From the NCBI RefSeq assembly GCF_001465295.1, contig NZ_CP011034.1:420001-452000 (forward strand): a stretch of 32,000 nucleotides of DNA. Direction: 5' to 3'. A program made the position numbers and the translations under genes. Below the pieces are notes generated by a model. The model did not search any database, had not been told where the DNA came from, and saw only the letters and a program-made list of their open reading frames with translations. Of this stretch, positions 1 to 8,566 are shown piece by piece (the stretch's first letter is position 1; the number at the start of each line of letters is the position of its first letter). Source of the stretch: Pseudoalteromonas translucida KMM 520. GTDB taxonomy: Bacteria > Pseudomonadota > Gammaproteobacteria > Enterobacterales > Alteromonadaceae.

Positions 1-54
1 GTATACGCATTAATCGACAGCGCCTGTAGCGCTTGGCAAAAGTATTTATAAGGA

Positions 55-1168
55 ATGGCTAATTTAATGAATACTCAGCCTAACAACAGCTCAAACACTC
101 AAAAGCAAGTAAGTAATACAACACAGCAAGCGCAAGAAATTGACTTAATGGCATTACTTGGTGCACTGCTCGATCGTAAGTATTTTATAGTGGCAGTTAC
201 TGCATTATTTATGCTAGTAGGTGTGGTTTATGCGGTTTTAAGCACACCTGTATACCAAGCAAGCGCAATGATACAGGTTGAGAATAGTAGTAGCTCTGTA
301 CCTGGTTTTGACGACATGGCCGGTATGTTCGAAAGTACCTCTGCTGCCGTTACAGAAATAGAACTATTAAAGTCGCGTAGTATCATAGGCGAAGCGGTAG
401 ATACGTTAAAACTAGATATAACTGCAGAGCCAAAGTTATTTCCATTAGTTGGTAGCCGTGCCTATCGTAAGTTTACGCCAATGGAGCAAGGCGATTTAGC
501 CGAGCCAAGCTTTGGTGCAGATAGCTATGCCTGGGGCGGCGAAAGCATTAGCGTATTTAGATTTGACGTACCTAGCCGAGCTATTAATCAAACATACACA
601 CTAGTAGCACAAGCCAATAACAGCGTTGCTTTATTAGATGGTGAAGGTGAGCAAATACTTAGTGGCAAAGTGGGAGATGAGCTAAGCAATGGTAAATTTA
701 ATTTAACCATACGTAGCTTAATTGCTCGCCCAGGTACTGAGTTTTTATTAAGCCGAAAAGATCGCCTAAATACTATTTTAGATTTACAAGCTGCTATCGG
801 CGCAAGCGAAAAAGGCAAAGACTCTGGCATAATTAATTTAAGCCTACAAAGTACTAAACCAAGCTACGCCGAAAAGGTACTAGATAAAGTCGCTGCTATT
901 TATGTACGCCGTAACGTAGAGCGAAATAGTGCTGAAGCTCAAAAGTCGCTAGAGTTCTTAGAAGTGCAACTGCCTGAAATTAAAAAACAACTTGAATTTG
1001 CAGAGCAGCGCTTTAACGACTACCAAATTAAACGCCAATCAATAAACATAACACTCGAAACCCAAGGCGTGCTTGAACAAGTAGTCGTGCTTGAAACTAA
1101 ATTACAAGAGCTAGAACTAAAGCGCCTAGAGATCAGTCGTAAATTTAAAAAAGACCACCCAACCTACC
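55..1168 (+). pseudogene. wzc: Wzc-type polysaccharide co-polymerase / tyrosine autokinase, N-terminal fragment (TM1 plus Wzz-like periplasmic domain). Interrupted by an IS at 1169; the open frame runs into the IS to 1185.
   Basis: TM helix KYFIVAVTALFMLVGVVYAVL is followed by a chain-length-determinant-like domain and a coiled coil (LEFLEVQLPEIKKQLEFAEQRFNDYQ). Removing 1169-2566 plus one TSD copy joins ..KKDHPTY to QGLVEQIAAV.. in frame, giving 2256 nt = 751 aa. Confidence 0.85.
1158..1168. repeat. Left copy of the 11-bp target-site duplication CCCAACCTACC flanking the IS4-family element
   Basis: An identical 11-mer sits at 2567-2577, immediately outside both terminal inverted repeats. Confidence 0.9.
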
Positions 1169-1185
1169 TAATGCCGATCAGTTAA
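1169..1185. repeat. IS4-family left terminal inverted repeat
   Basis: TAATGCCGATCAGTTAA compared with the reverse complement of 2550-2566, TAATGCCAGTCAGTTAA. Confidence 0.85.
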
Positions 1186-1224
1186 GGTTAATTGATCGGT
1201 TGACCGATCTAAATGATCGTGAAT

Positions 1225-1259
1225 AATCCGTAATTAGTTTCGCTAATTACGGATTTTTT
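1225..1259 (+). terminator. Strong hairpin plus T-run inside the IS left end, ending directly at the transposase ATG. Acts as an intrinsic terminator and/or translational occluder.
   Basis: AATCCGTAATTAG (1225-1237), loop TTTCG, CTAATTACGGATT (1243-1255): a perfect 13-bp stem. The T6 run at 1254-1259 is followed by ATG at 1260. Confidence 0.7.
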
Positions 1260-1961
1260 ATGGATATTCAAACAGCTCTTTCGACCACTTTCTCATCTGC
1301 CGAGGAATTTACAGCGCTTGATAACTTATCTGGCATATTAGATCCCGAATTACTTAACCAAGCTTTTGAAAAATCGGGGGTCGCCACCGTTCGTAAACGT
1401 CGTTTACCACTCGACGCTGTCGTTTGGTCTGTGATTGGTATGAGTTTATTTCGTCATGAATCTGTTTGGGATATAGCCTCTAAAATGGACATCGCCTTAC
1501 CAGGTAAAGGGAAACTAGTTGCCCCTAGTGCCATGGTTCAAGCGAGACAACGCTTAGGTGAAGGTGCTGTCGAGCAGGTCTTCAAGATGATGGCGTCACG
1601 GCATTATAATCATGCCCACTTTGATACATTTTGTGGCTTAAATCTATTAGCTGTTGATGGGGTTGTCTTTCGTACACATGATACGCCAGAGAATAAAGAC
1701 GTATTTGGATGTGGCTCAACCCAGTATGGTGAAAATACCTATCCGCAAATTCGGATGGTATGCCACATGGAGCTAACGAGTCATCAACTCATTAATTGTG
1801 CTTTTAACGGGCAGCATCAAGGGGAGATGACACTCGCTGAAGAACTCATTGAAGGCACACCGGATAACTCATTAACCTTATTTGATCGCGGTTATTATTC
1901 ATTAGGGCTTTTGCATCGTTGGCATCAAGCAGGGACTGAAAGACACTGGATGATACCATAA
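1260..1961 (+). pseudogene. IS4-family transposase, N-terminal part (frameshifted gene)
   Basis: IS4 N-terminal domain pattern ([38 protein letters not shown]). DDE residues lie in LLAVDGVVF and TLFDRGYYS. The frame ends at TAA 1959-1961 and the protein continues in another frame. Confidence 0.85.
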
Positions 1962-1966
1962 AGAAA

Positions 1967-2557
1967 ATGAGTAAAAATGACCAGTTAGTGCGTCTTAAAA
2001 CATCGCCACAAGCGCGAAAAAAGTTTACTGACTTGCCAGAGTTTATAGAAGCTCGGCTGCTTACCTACACGCATAATAATAAGCAGTATCAGATTCTTAC
2101 ATCAATGCTTGATGTAATGCGTTACCCATCAAAAGAAATAGCTGATTTGTACATGCATCGCTGGGAAATAGAAATAGGATATCGAGAAATAAAACAAACG
2201 ATGCTGCACTCAAACTATATCCTACGCTCAAAAAGGCCGGATATGATAAGGCAAGAATTGTGGGGGTTACTAATTGCCTACAATATTATAAGAATAGCCA
2301 TGCGTGAGGCGGCAGAGTTACTGGAAGTATGGCCAAATCAACTGAGTTTTTCTCATTGTTCAAGGCATATCAACGTATTTCTGTTAACTATCCCACTGAC
2401 AAGTCCGGGAAATTTACCAAAACACTATGAGCATTTATTAGAAACGCTGACGCTATTTCAGTTACCGACAAGGCGTCATGAGCGCAGCTTTCCACGATGT
2501 GTGAAAAAGAAACCATCTAAATATCCGTATAAAAAAAAGCCAGTCAGTGTTAACTGA
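1967..2557 (+). pseudogene. IS4-family transposase, C-terminal part (frameshifted gene)
   Basis: Carries the IS4 signature Y-x2-R-x3-E-x6-K region (HRWEIEIGYREIKQTM). This frame is open from 1940 and overlaps the end of the upstream frame. Confidence 0.85.
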
Positions 2558-2566
2558 CTGGCATTA
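2550..2566. repeat. IS4-family right terminal inverted repeat
   Basis: See the left IR. It is embedded in the palindrome GCCAGTCAG-TGTTAA-CTGACTGGC (2539-2562). Confidence 0.85.
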
Positions 2567-2577
2567 CCCAACCTACC
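2567..2577. repeat. Right copy of the 11-bp target-site duplication CCCAACCTACC
   Basis: Identical to 1158-1168. Confidence 0.9.
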
Positions 2578-3719
2578 AAGGTTTAGTTGAGCAAATAGCC
2601 GCAGTTAAAGAGCAGCGTAAAGCTTTAGTGGGCGAGGTAGGGAACCTACCTGAAACCCAACAAGAGTTGTTGCGTTTAAAGCGTGACGTAGAAGTAAGTA
2701 ATCAAATTTATACGCTACTACTAGGTAAAACCCAAGAGCTTGATATAGTCCGTGCGGGTACAGTCGGTAATGTACGTATTATTGACTACGCTGAGGTAAA
2801 TACCAGTAAACCAGTAAAACCTAAAAAAGCCTTGATAGTTGTAATGGCTACTATGCTAGGTGGTATGCTAGGTGTCGCTATTGTATTAGTACAAAAAGCT
2901 ATGCATAAAGGGGTGGAAGATCCAAGCGAAATTGAAGCACTAGGTATCCCTGTTTATGCCAGCGTACCGCACTCAGAGCATCAAGATAAACTTGCCGGCT
3001 TTAACAAAGGACGCAAGAGCAAGGCAGCGAAAGCTAAATCCATACTCGCAACAGACAATCCTGCAGATCTAGCGGTTGAGGCACTACGTAGCTTACGCAC
3101 AAGCTTGCACTTTGCGATGATGGAAGCTAAAAATAATGTTATTGCCATATCTGGGCCAAGTCCTGGTGTAGGTAAGTCGTTCATATCGGTTAACTTGGCA
3201 GTCGTATTAGCGCAAAGTGGTAAAAAAGTATTGATTGTAGATGCTGACATGCGTAAAGGTTACTTACAAACACAGTTCAATATAGAGGCAGCAGAAGGCT
3301 TAAGTGACTACCTATCGGGGCGTTTAAACCTAAGGCAAGTAACTAAAGCAACTAAAGTTGAAGGGTTAAGTGTAATTACTCGCGGGCAAATACCACCTAA
3401 CCCATCAGAATTATTAATGCACAGCAACTTTAGTAAGTTTATAGCAGAGCTAAGTACCGCTTACGATTTGGTCATTATAGATACACCGCCTATATTAGCG
3501 GTAACCGATCCCGCTATTGTAAGCGCCCATGCAGGTACTACGTTATTAGTAACCCGCTTTGGTCAAAACCATTTACGTGAAATAGAGCTAACCCGTAATC
3601 GCTTTGAGCAAAATGGCATAGATATAAAAGGCGTGGTATTTAACGGTGTACTTAAAAAAGCCAGCAACGCTTACGGATATTATGGTTACTATAATTATGA
3701 ATATAAAAGTGACGCATAA
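2567..3719 (+). pseudogene. wzc: Wzc tyrosine autokinase, C-terminal fragment (end of periplasmic coiled coil, TM2, BY-kinase domain, Tyr-rich tail). An in-frame GTG at 2547 inside the IS end could start an independent ORF 2547..3719.
   Basis: TM2 is ALIVVMATMLGGMLGVAIVLV. Walker A is GPSPGVGKS, Walker A' is VLIVDADMRKG and Walker B is DLVIIDTPP. The C-terminal tyrosine cluster is AYGYYGYYNYEY. Confidence 0.9.
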
Positions 3720-3785
3720 ATAGAGTGATTTTTTGAGGGCCTATTGGGCACTTTTTATAAAAAGCACAAAAACAAGCAATTACAA

Positions 3786-3855
3786 TGAGATAGTCTAAAT
3801 TGACTGTCTCAATTTAGAATGAAGTGTCTCAGTGGAGTGTAATATTACTGAGATA
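3786..3855. promoter_or_regulatory. Four copies of the heptamer TGAGA(T/C)A in alternating orientation (candidate operator array), in the 420-bp AT-rich spacer ahead of the low-GC gene block
   Basis: TGAGATA at 3786-3792, TGTCTCA at 3805-3811, TGTCTCA at 3825-3831 and TGAGATA at 3849-3855. They form two imperfect palindromes. The related 9-mer GTCTCAATT recurs at 13586-13594. Confidence 0.35.
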
Positions 3856-4140
3856 CTAAATTGCTAAAATACAATTTATCCTTAAAGTTATTGCTCACTT
3901 TTGTGATGTCCTTGCGTTGTCGTATCTCTTTTTCTTGCAAGAGAAAATGCTTTATAAATTGTCCCTATATGAAAATATATTCGTAAATTAAAATTAATTA
4001 CTATAGTTATATCATCCTTATAGTCTTTAATTTTAAAGTATGTGGTGAAAAGGCATATACTTATCTGAATATCATTTTAGGAGAAGTGTTACACCTGCGA
4101 CAATGATTGTATTTGTATTCGAAGATAAATAAAATGTTGA

Positions 4141-5112
4141 GTGATAATTGTGCTTAAATTAAGTGTTGTTGTACCTATTTATAATGTTGAGTTGTACTTA
4201 GAAGATTGTTTGAGATCATTGAGTAATCAACAAAGAGAAGATATTGAGTTCATTTTAATTAATGATGGCTCTACTGATAAATCAAAAGAAGTTGCGGAAG
4301 GATTTGTTAATATAGACTCTAGGTTTAAACTCTTTAATTATAAAAATGGGGGGTTGTCTTTTGCTAGAAATATGGGAGTTAAACATTCACAAGGGGAATA
4401 TATATCATTTTTAGATAGTGATGATATGTATGAAATTGGATGTGTTAATTTGATAATTAAAACTATGGATAGTGATAATTTAGATATGCTCTACTTTGAT
4501 CGCAAACTATTTCTAGACGGAGGTGACAGCTCTAATATAACCAGTACTTTTAAAAGAGACATTAGAGTAATAGATAAAGTAATGAGTGGACAAGAGTTCT
4601 TTTGTTTAATGTCAAAATATAGGAACTACTCCAGTTCAGCATGTTATTTTTCTTGTAAAAGATCTTTGTTGGAAGGTACTTTCTTTGAGGAAGGACTGCT
4701 ACATGAGGATGAACTTTTTACTCCTCAACTATTGTTGGATATAAAAGTTAAGCGAGTTCTTTGTTTAGGCTCTAAATTATACATAAGAAGAGTTCGAGAA
4801 AACTCAATTATGACTCAAAAAGTTAGTATGAGAAATGTAGAAAGTTACAAGTTCGTATGCGAAAAATTAGCAAAAATTAAAGTTGAGAATGACATTACAA
4901 AAAGCTATTTAGATACTCACTTAAAAAAGTTAGTGTTTTTATTTACGAAAAAAAAATTAGAATATGAACGCAATATATCTTTCAAAGATAAAAGAAATAT
5001 TATTAACTGGGTTTCAAGCTTAAGTTTAAAAAAGAACTTCTTATATTATATGCTCTTAGCATTTATTTGTTTTCCTTGGTTATTGCATATGAAAAATAGG
5101 ATTTTTAAGTGA
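4141..5112 (+). CDS. Glycosyltransferase family 2
   Basis: GT2 N-terminal signature LSVVVPIYNVELYLEDCLRSLSNQ..FILINDGSTDKS and the DxD region FLDSDD. GTG start; a 4-nt overlap (GTGA) with the next gene. Confidence 0.85.
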   Translation: MIIVLKLSVVVPIYNVELYLEDCLRSLSNQQREDIEFILINDGSTDKSKEVAEGFVNIDSRFKLFNYKNGGLSFARNMGVKHSQGEYISFLDSDDMYEIGCVNLIIKTMDSDNLDMLYFDRKLFLDGGDSSNITSTFKRDIRVIDKVMSGQEFFCLMSKYRNYSSSACYFSCKRSLLEGTFFEEGLLHEDELFTPQLLLDIKVKRVLCLGSKLYIRRVRENSIMTQKVSMRNVESYKFVCEKLAKIKVENDITKSYLDTHLKKLVFLFTKKKLEYERNISFKDKRNIINWVSSLSLKKNFLYYMLLAFICFPWLLHMKNRIFK

Positions 5113-5975
5113 TTAAAATTGCAAAAAAAGTTAAAGGTCATCTTACCCAAAAGTTTCCTAAGCTAATGACTAGAGTTGATATCTTCTATAGGCATGGTTA
5201 TTGGCCTAACTTTAAAACACCTCGCTCCTTTAATGAAAAGATTGCACTAAGAAAGTTAAATCCACTCCCTATTTATACAGAGTTATCTGATAAGTACCTT
5301 GTACGTAAATTTGTTGAAAAAACTATAGGTCCAGAGTACTTAATTCCTCTTTACAAAGTTGTTGATAGGCTTTGTCTTGAAGATTTAAGAGATTTACCTA
5401 GTAATTATGTAATTAAGTCAAATCATGCAAGTGGTTCAGAGCATATTACAATTGTAAATGAGGAAAGTAAGCTTAATAAGATTGATATAGTAAATAAATT
5501 TAAAAACTCCTTGTTGCAACCATATGGTTTGAACTCAGCCGAATTACATTATAAAGAAATTAAGAGAAAGGTAATTATAGAAAAATTTATTTCAGATAAT
5601 GGAAAGGTGCCAGTTGATTACAAGTTTCATGTATTTAATAAAAAAGGTAAGACGAAGTGGTTTTTACAAATAGATATAGATAGGCAGATTAATCATAAAC
5701 GAGTCTTATTGGATGATGAATTAAAACAAGTTGAATTTGATATTCAGCATAAGAGTTTTGCTTGGGAGCCTATTTATAATAAAGAAATATTTCAGATGGC
5801 AGAGTTAGCAAAAAAGTTAAGTTCTAACTTTAATTATTGTCGTGTTGATTTCTACTTAGTTAATGGGGATATATTTTTTGGTGAAATGACATTTACCCAT
5901 GGTGGGGGGTGTGAAGTTTTTTATCCAAAAGCCGCTGATTTTATTTTTGGTGATCATTGGGATTATAACGGTTAA
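5109..5975 (+). CDS. TupA-like ATP-grasp protein (polysaccharide-decorating ligase family)
   Basis: Matches the pattern I recall for ATPgrasp_TupA: FNEKIALRKLN, DKYLVRKFVEK..GPEYLIPLY, VIKSNHASG, DYKFHVFN, CRVDFYLVNGDIFFGEMTFTHGGG. Confidence 0.7.
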   Translation: MIKIAKKVKGHLTQKFPKLMTRVDIFYRHGYWPNFKTPRSFNEKIALRKLNPLPIYTELSDKYLVRKFVEKTIGPEYLIPLYKVVDRLCLEDLRDLPSNYVIKSNHASGSEHITIVNEESKLNKIDIVNKFKNSLLQPYGLNSAELHYKEIKRKVIIEKFISDNGKVPVDYKFHVFNKKGKTKWFLQIDIDRQINHKRVLLDDELKQVEFDIQHKSFAWEPIYNKEIFQMAELAKKLSSNFNYCRVDFYLVNGDIFFGEMTFTHGGGCEVFYPKAADFIFGDHWDYNG

Positions 5976-5978
5976 TAA

Positions 5979-7331
5979 ATGCATACTATGAAGCTGACAA
6001 ACTTAGCTATATTATTTTTATTAATATGCCACTCTTTATACGCATACGCTACCATCACTCACGATGTATATTTTGATGTTAATACTCTATCATCAGGTAT
6101 GGTAGCTTTAATGCTGGTTACTTTTTTATTAGCCAAAGTTGACAGTAGCTATATAAATGTATTTAGCTTGTTTTTACTAAGCTTATCCCTATTTATTGGT
6201 GGACGATATATTTATAATTTCTTAGGAGGTGAAGAAAATATATTTAAAATCAGTTTTTTTACATTTTACACGCTTGAAACATCGGAATTTAATCGGCTTA
6301 CTGTTTATGTTAGCTCTATGTTTATATATTTACTAGTGGGTTGGAGTGTTCTCTCTAAATCAAAGAGTGATAATAAAAATAAAAGGGATGCTTTACTGCA
6401 AGGCAATAATGAGAGTCTTATTTTATTTGCTTCGATAATTATTAGTTTATTATATCTATATAGTGAGTTCTTGCTTTTCATTAATGTTATTTCGGGCGGA
6501 TATCTTGCCTTATACGCATCGCAAGGAGGTGAATTTAGTTTTAGTCTTAACCCAAAAACTCCTTTCTTTATACTTTTAGCTCTTTCGCTGGCTTTTAATG
6601 TAAAAAAATCTAGGAAGGTTTTACTCATTGCATTATCTATCTCTGGCTTGTTAGGAATACTAATGGGGCAGCGTGGTCAATTTTTTACAATGGTGTTCTT
6701 TTTTGTATGGTATTACTCAACCCTTACTAATTTCAACTTTACCTCGATCCTGAAGTCATTATTAATAGCAGTACCTGTTTCATTAGTTATGATGAGTTTA
6801 AGTTTCCGTTCATTTGAAAGTAGTGCATCTATATATGAGTCTATAATTCACTTTTTATATAGTAACGGAATAAGTTTAATGGTTTTCGATGCAAGTACAA
6901 AAATTGACGATTACCCACTTTTACCGGGAGTTCAAAGTTTTGTAATTGGAGCATCTAAAGTATTAAGTTTATTCCAAGATTTCCCTTCTTATACGACTAG
7001 TTATTCAGGCTATATATCTTGGTTTTATAATTCAAAAGCTTATTTCAGTGGCCAAGGATTAGGTTGGTCATTACCAAGTTCTTTCTATGTTTGGTCTTCT
7101 GGAAATATATATATATATAACATTTTCTTTATTTTGTTCGGTATGCAAATAAGGTTTATAAACAATGTCTATAATCGCTCTCCATTTTGGTTTGGGCTAA
7201 GTGTCTGCTTTATTTACAATCTGTTTTTTGTTGGGAGAAGCCAGCTTTCAGATATCTACCCAATATGTACTTACTATATCATAGCGTACTTCTTATACAC
7301 TAGGTTTTGTCAGGTGAAAAAAGTATGGTAG
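5979..7331 (+). CDS. wzy: O-antigen/capsule repeat-unit polymerase (Wzy-like polytopic membrane protein)
   Basis: 450 aa, at least 10 hydrophobic segments and no soluble domain. It lies between a transferase and Wzx in a Wzc-containing locus. Assigned by context and topology only. Confidence 0.6.
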   Translation: MHTMKLTNLAILFLLICHSLYAYATITHDVYFDVNTLSSGMVALMLVTFLLAKVDSSYINVFSLFLLSLSLFIGGRYIYNFLGGEENIFKISFFTFYTLETSEFNRLTVYVSSMFIYLLVGWSVLSKSKSDNKNKRDALLQGNNESLILFASIIISLLYLYSEFLLFINVISGGYLALYASQGGEFSFSLNPKTPFFILLALSLAFNVKKSRKVLLIALSISGLLGILMGQRGQFFTMVFFFVWYYSTLTNFNFTSILKSLLIAVPVSLVMMSLSFRSFESSASIYESIIHFLYSNGISLMVFDASTKIDDYPLLPGVQSFVIGASKVLSLFQDFPSYTTSYSGYISWFYNSKAYFSGQGLGWSLPSSFYVWSSGNIYIYNIFFILFGMQIRFINNVYNRSPFWFGLSVCFIYNLFFVGRSQLSDIYPICTYYIIAYFLYTRFCQVKKVW

Positions 7332-8566
7332 TAAATACAATATTTGCATTTTTTATCAAGGTGTTATCCGCAGCAATTAGTTTTCTTGGTAATATGCTAG
7401 TAACAAGGAGTTTGAGCCTTGAAAGTTCCGGGGGGTACTTTATAGCACTTTCGGTAGTTACTTTCTTGACCCCGTTTTGTGCGTTAGGAATGAATAATTA
7501 CATGTTAAGAGAAGTTGCCACTGGTAGTGCTAAGAGAACTGATACATTAATACTAAACTCTATATGTATTTCTTTTGCTTTAGGGGGACTAGGAGCTATA
7601 TTTATCTCTCTCTTTGCTAACCAGATAACAAGTACGCTGTTTAATGTTAGTTCATTAGGAAAAACTTTAAGCTTATTTGCATTTGCTTTACCTTTTTTTG
7701 TTACAAGTATATTAATTAGTCATATATTACAAGGGTTTGGTTATTTAAAAAAAGCACTATTCTTGTCAGGACCTTTATTGTACACCTTTCTTATCGTGTT
7801 AATTTTAACATTTAAGCCAGATAACAATATTGATATAGCATTTTTTTATTTATCGTCATGTATTTGCGTATTTTTAATATCAATTTATCAAATCAAAGGG
7901 AGTCTTAAAGGTACTAAGTTGTTGAGTAAAAGAATAACTAGAGTACTTATTAATAAATCTAAAAACTTAATGGTTGTAGAGGTTTTAGCCGTAATTACAC
8001 TCACTTTAACAACTTTTTATTTGGCGTTCTTTTCGAATAGTAAGGAGGTTGCGATATTTTCAGTAGCAGTAAAAATATCTACTCTAGTGGCTTTTGTTTT
8101 ATTTGCTCTTAATAGGGTTAGTGCACATTCTTTTTCAAAGCTTTACTATGAAAAAAATATAATAAAACTTAGAGAGAACTACTTTAAATTCTTGTTATTT
8201 TCAGTAGTTTTATGCCTGCCTTTTTTATTTTTTCTTTTATTGTACCCATCGTTTTTTCTCAATTTTTTCGGGGGTGAATTTAAACAAGGAAAAGTTGTTT
8301 TACAAATATTAGCTTTATCACAGCTTTTTGTTGTTTGTTCAGGGACATCAATTTATCTCCTGATAATGACAGGTTTGGATGCACATCATCGAAGGAATAT
8401 TCTAGTTAGCTTCATCATTAGTGCTGCTATAGGGGCACCTTTAGTAAATTACTTAGGAGGGACTGGGGCTGCAATAATGATATTGACAAATAACTGTATT
8501 TTATTCTTTTTGACAATATTTTCAGTTTTTAATTCAAAGGTATTAAGTTTTAATGGAAAAGCCTAA
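7307..8566 (+). CDS. wzx: Wzx flippase (MOP/polysaccharide-transporter family). The TTG at 7307 may be replaced by the in-frame ATG at 7325.
   Basis: 419 aa with about 12 TM segments. The N-terminal pattern NTIFAFFIKVLSAAISFLGNMLVTRSL is typical of PST-family flippases. Overlaps the wzy end and the next gene. Confidence 0.7.
   Translation: MSGEKSMVVNTIFAFFIKVLSAAISFLGNMLVTRSLSLESSGGYFIALSVVTFLTPFCALGMNNYMLREVATGSAKRTDTLILNSICISFALGGLGAIFISLFANQITSTLFNVSSLGKTLSLFAFALPFFVTSILISHILQGFGYLKKALFLSGPLLYTFLIVLILTFKPDNNIDIAFFYLSSCICVFLISIYQIKGSLKGTKLLSKRITRVLINKSKNLMVVEVLAVITLTLTTFYLAFFSNSKEVAIFSVAVKISTLVAFVLFALNRVSAHSFSKLYYEKNIIKLRENYFKFLLFSVVLCLPFLFFLLLYPSFFLNFFGGEFKQGKVVLQILALSQLFVVCSGTSIYLLIMTGLDAHHRRNILVSFIISAAIGAPLVNYLGGTGAAIMILTNNCILFFLTIFSVFNSKVLSFNGKA

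Larger units (their letters stand above)
1169..2566 (+). mobile_element. IS4-family insertion sequence (1398 bp) inserted in wzc
   Basis: Terminal inverted repeats TAATGCCGATCAGTTAA (1169-1185) and TTAACTGACTGGCATTA (2550-2566) match at 15/17 positions. It is flanked by an 11-bp direct repeat. The internal transposase has an IS4 N-terminal domain and a DDE/YREK core. Confidence 0.9.

Noticed and set aside
1940-1975. Programmed -1 ribosomal frameshift producing the IS4 transposase
   Set aside because: IS4-family elements encode a single ORF and are not known to use frameshifting. There is no A-AAA-AAG-type slippery heptamer in the 1940-1961 overlap, so a mutation or sequencing indel is more likely.
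3720-4140. JUMPStart/ops antitermination element upstream of the polysaccharide genes
   Set aside because: The ops core GGCGGTAG is absent here, and also from 13439-13739 and 1-54.
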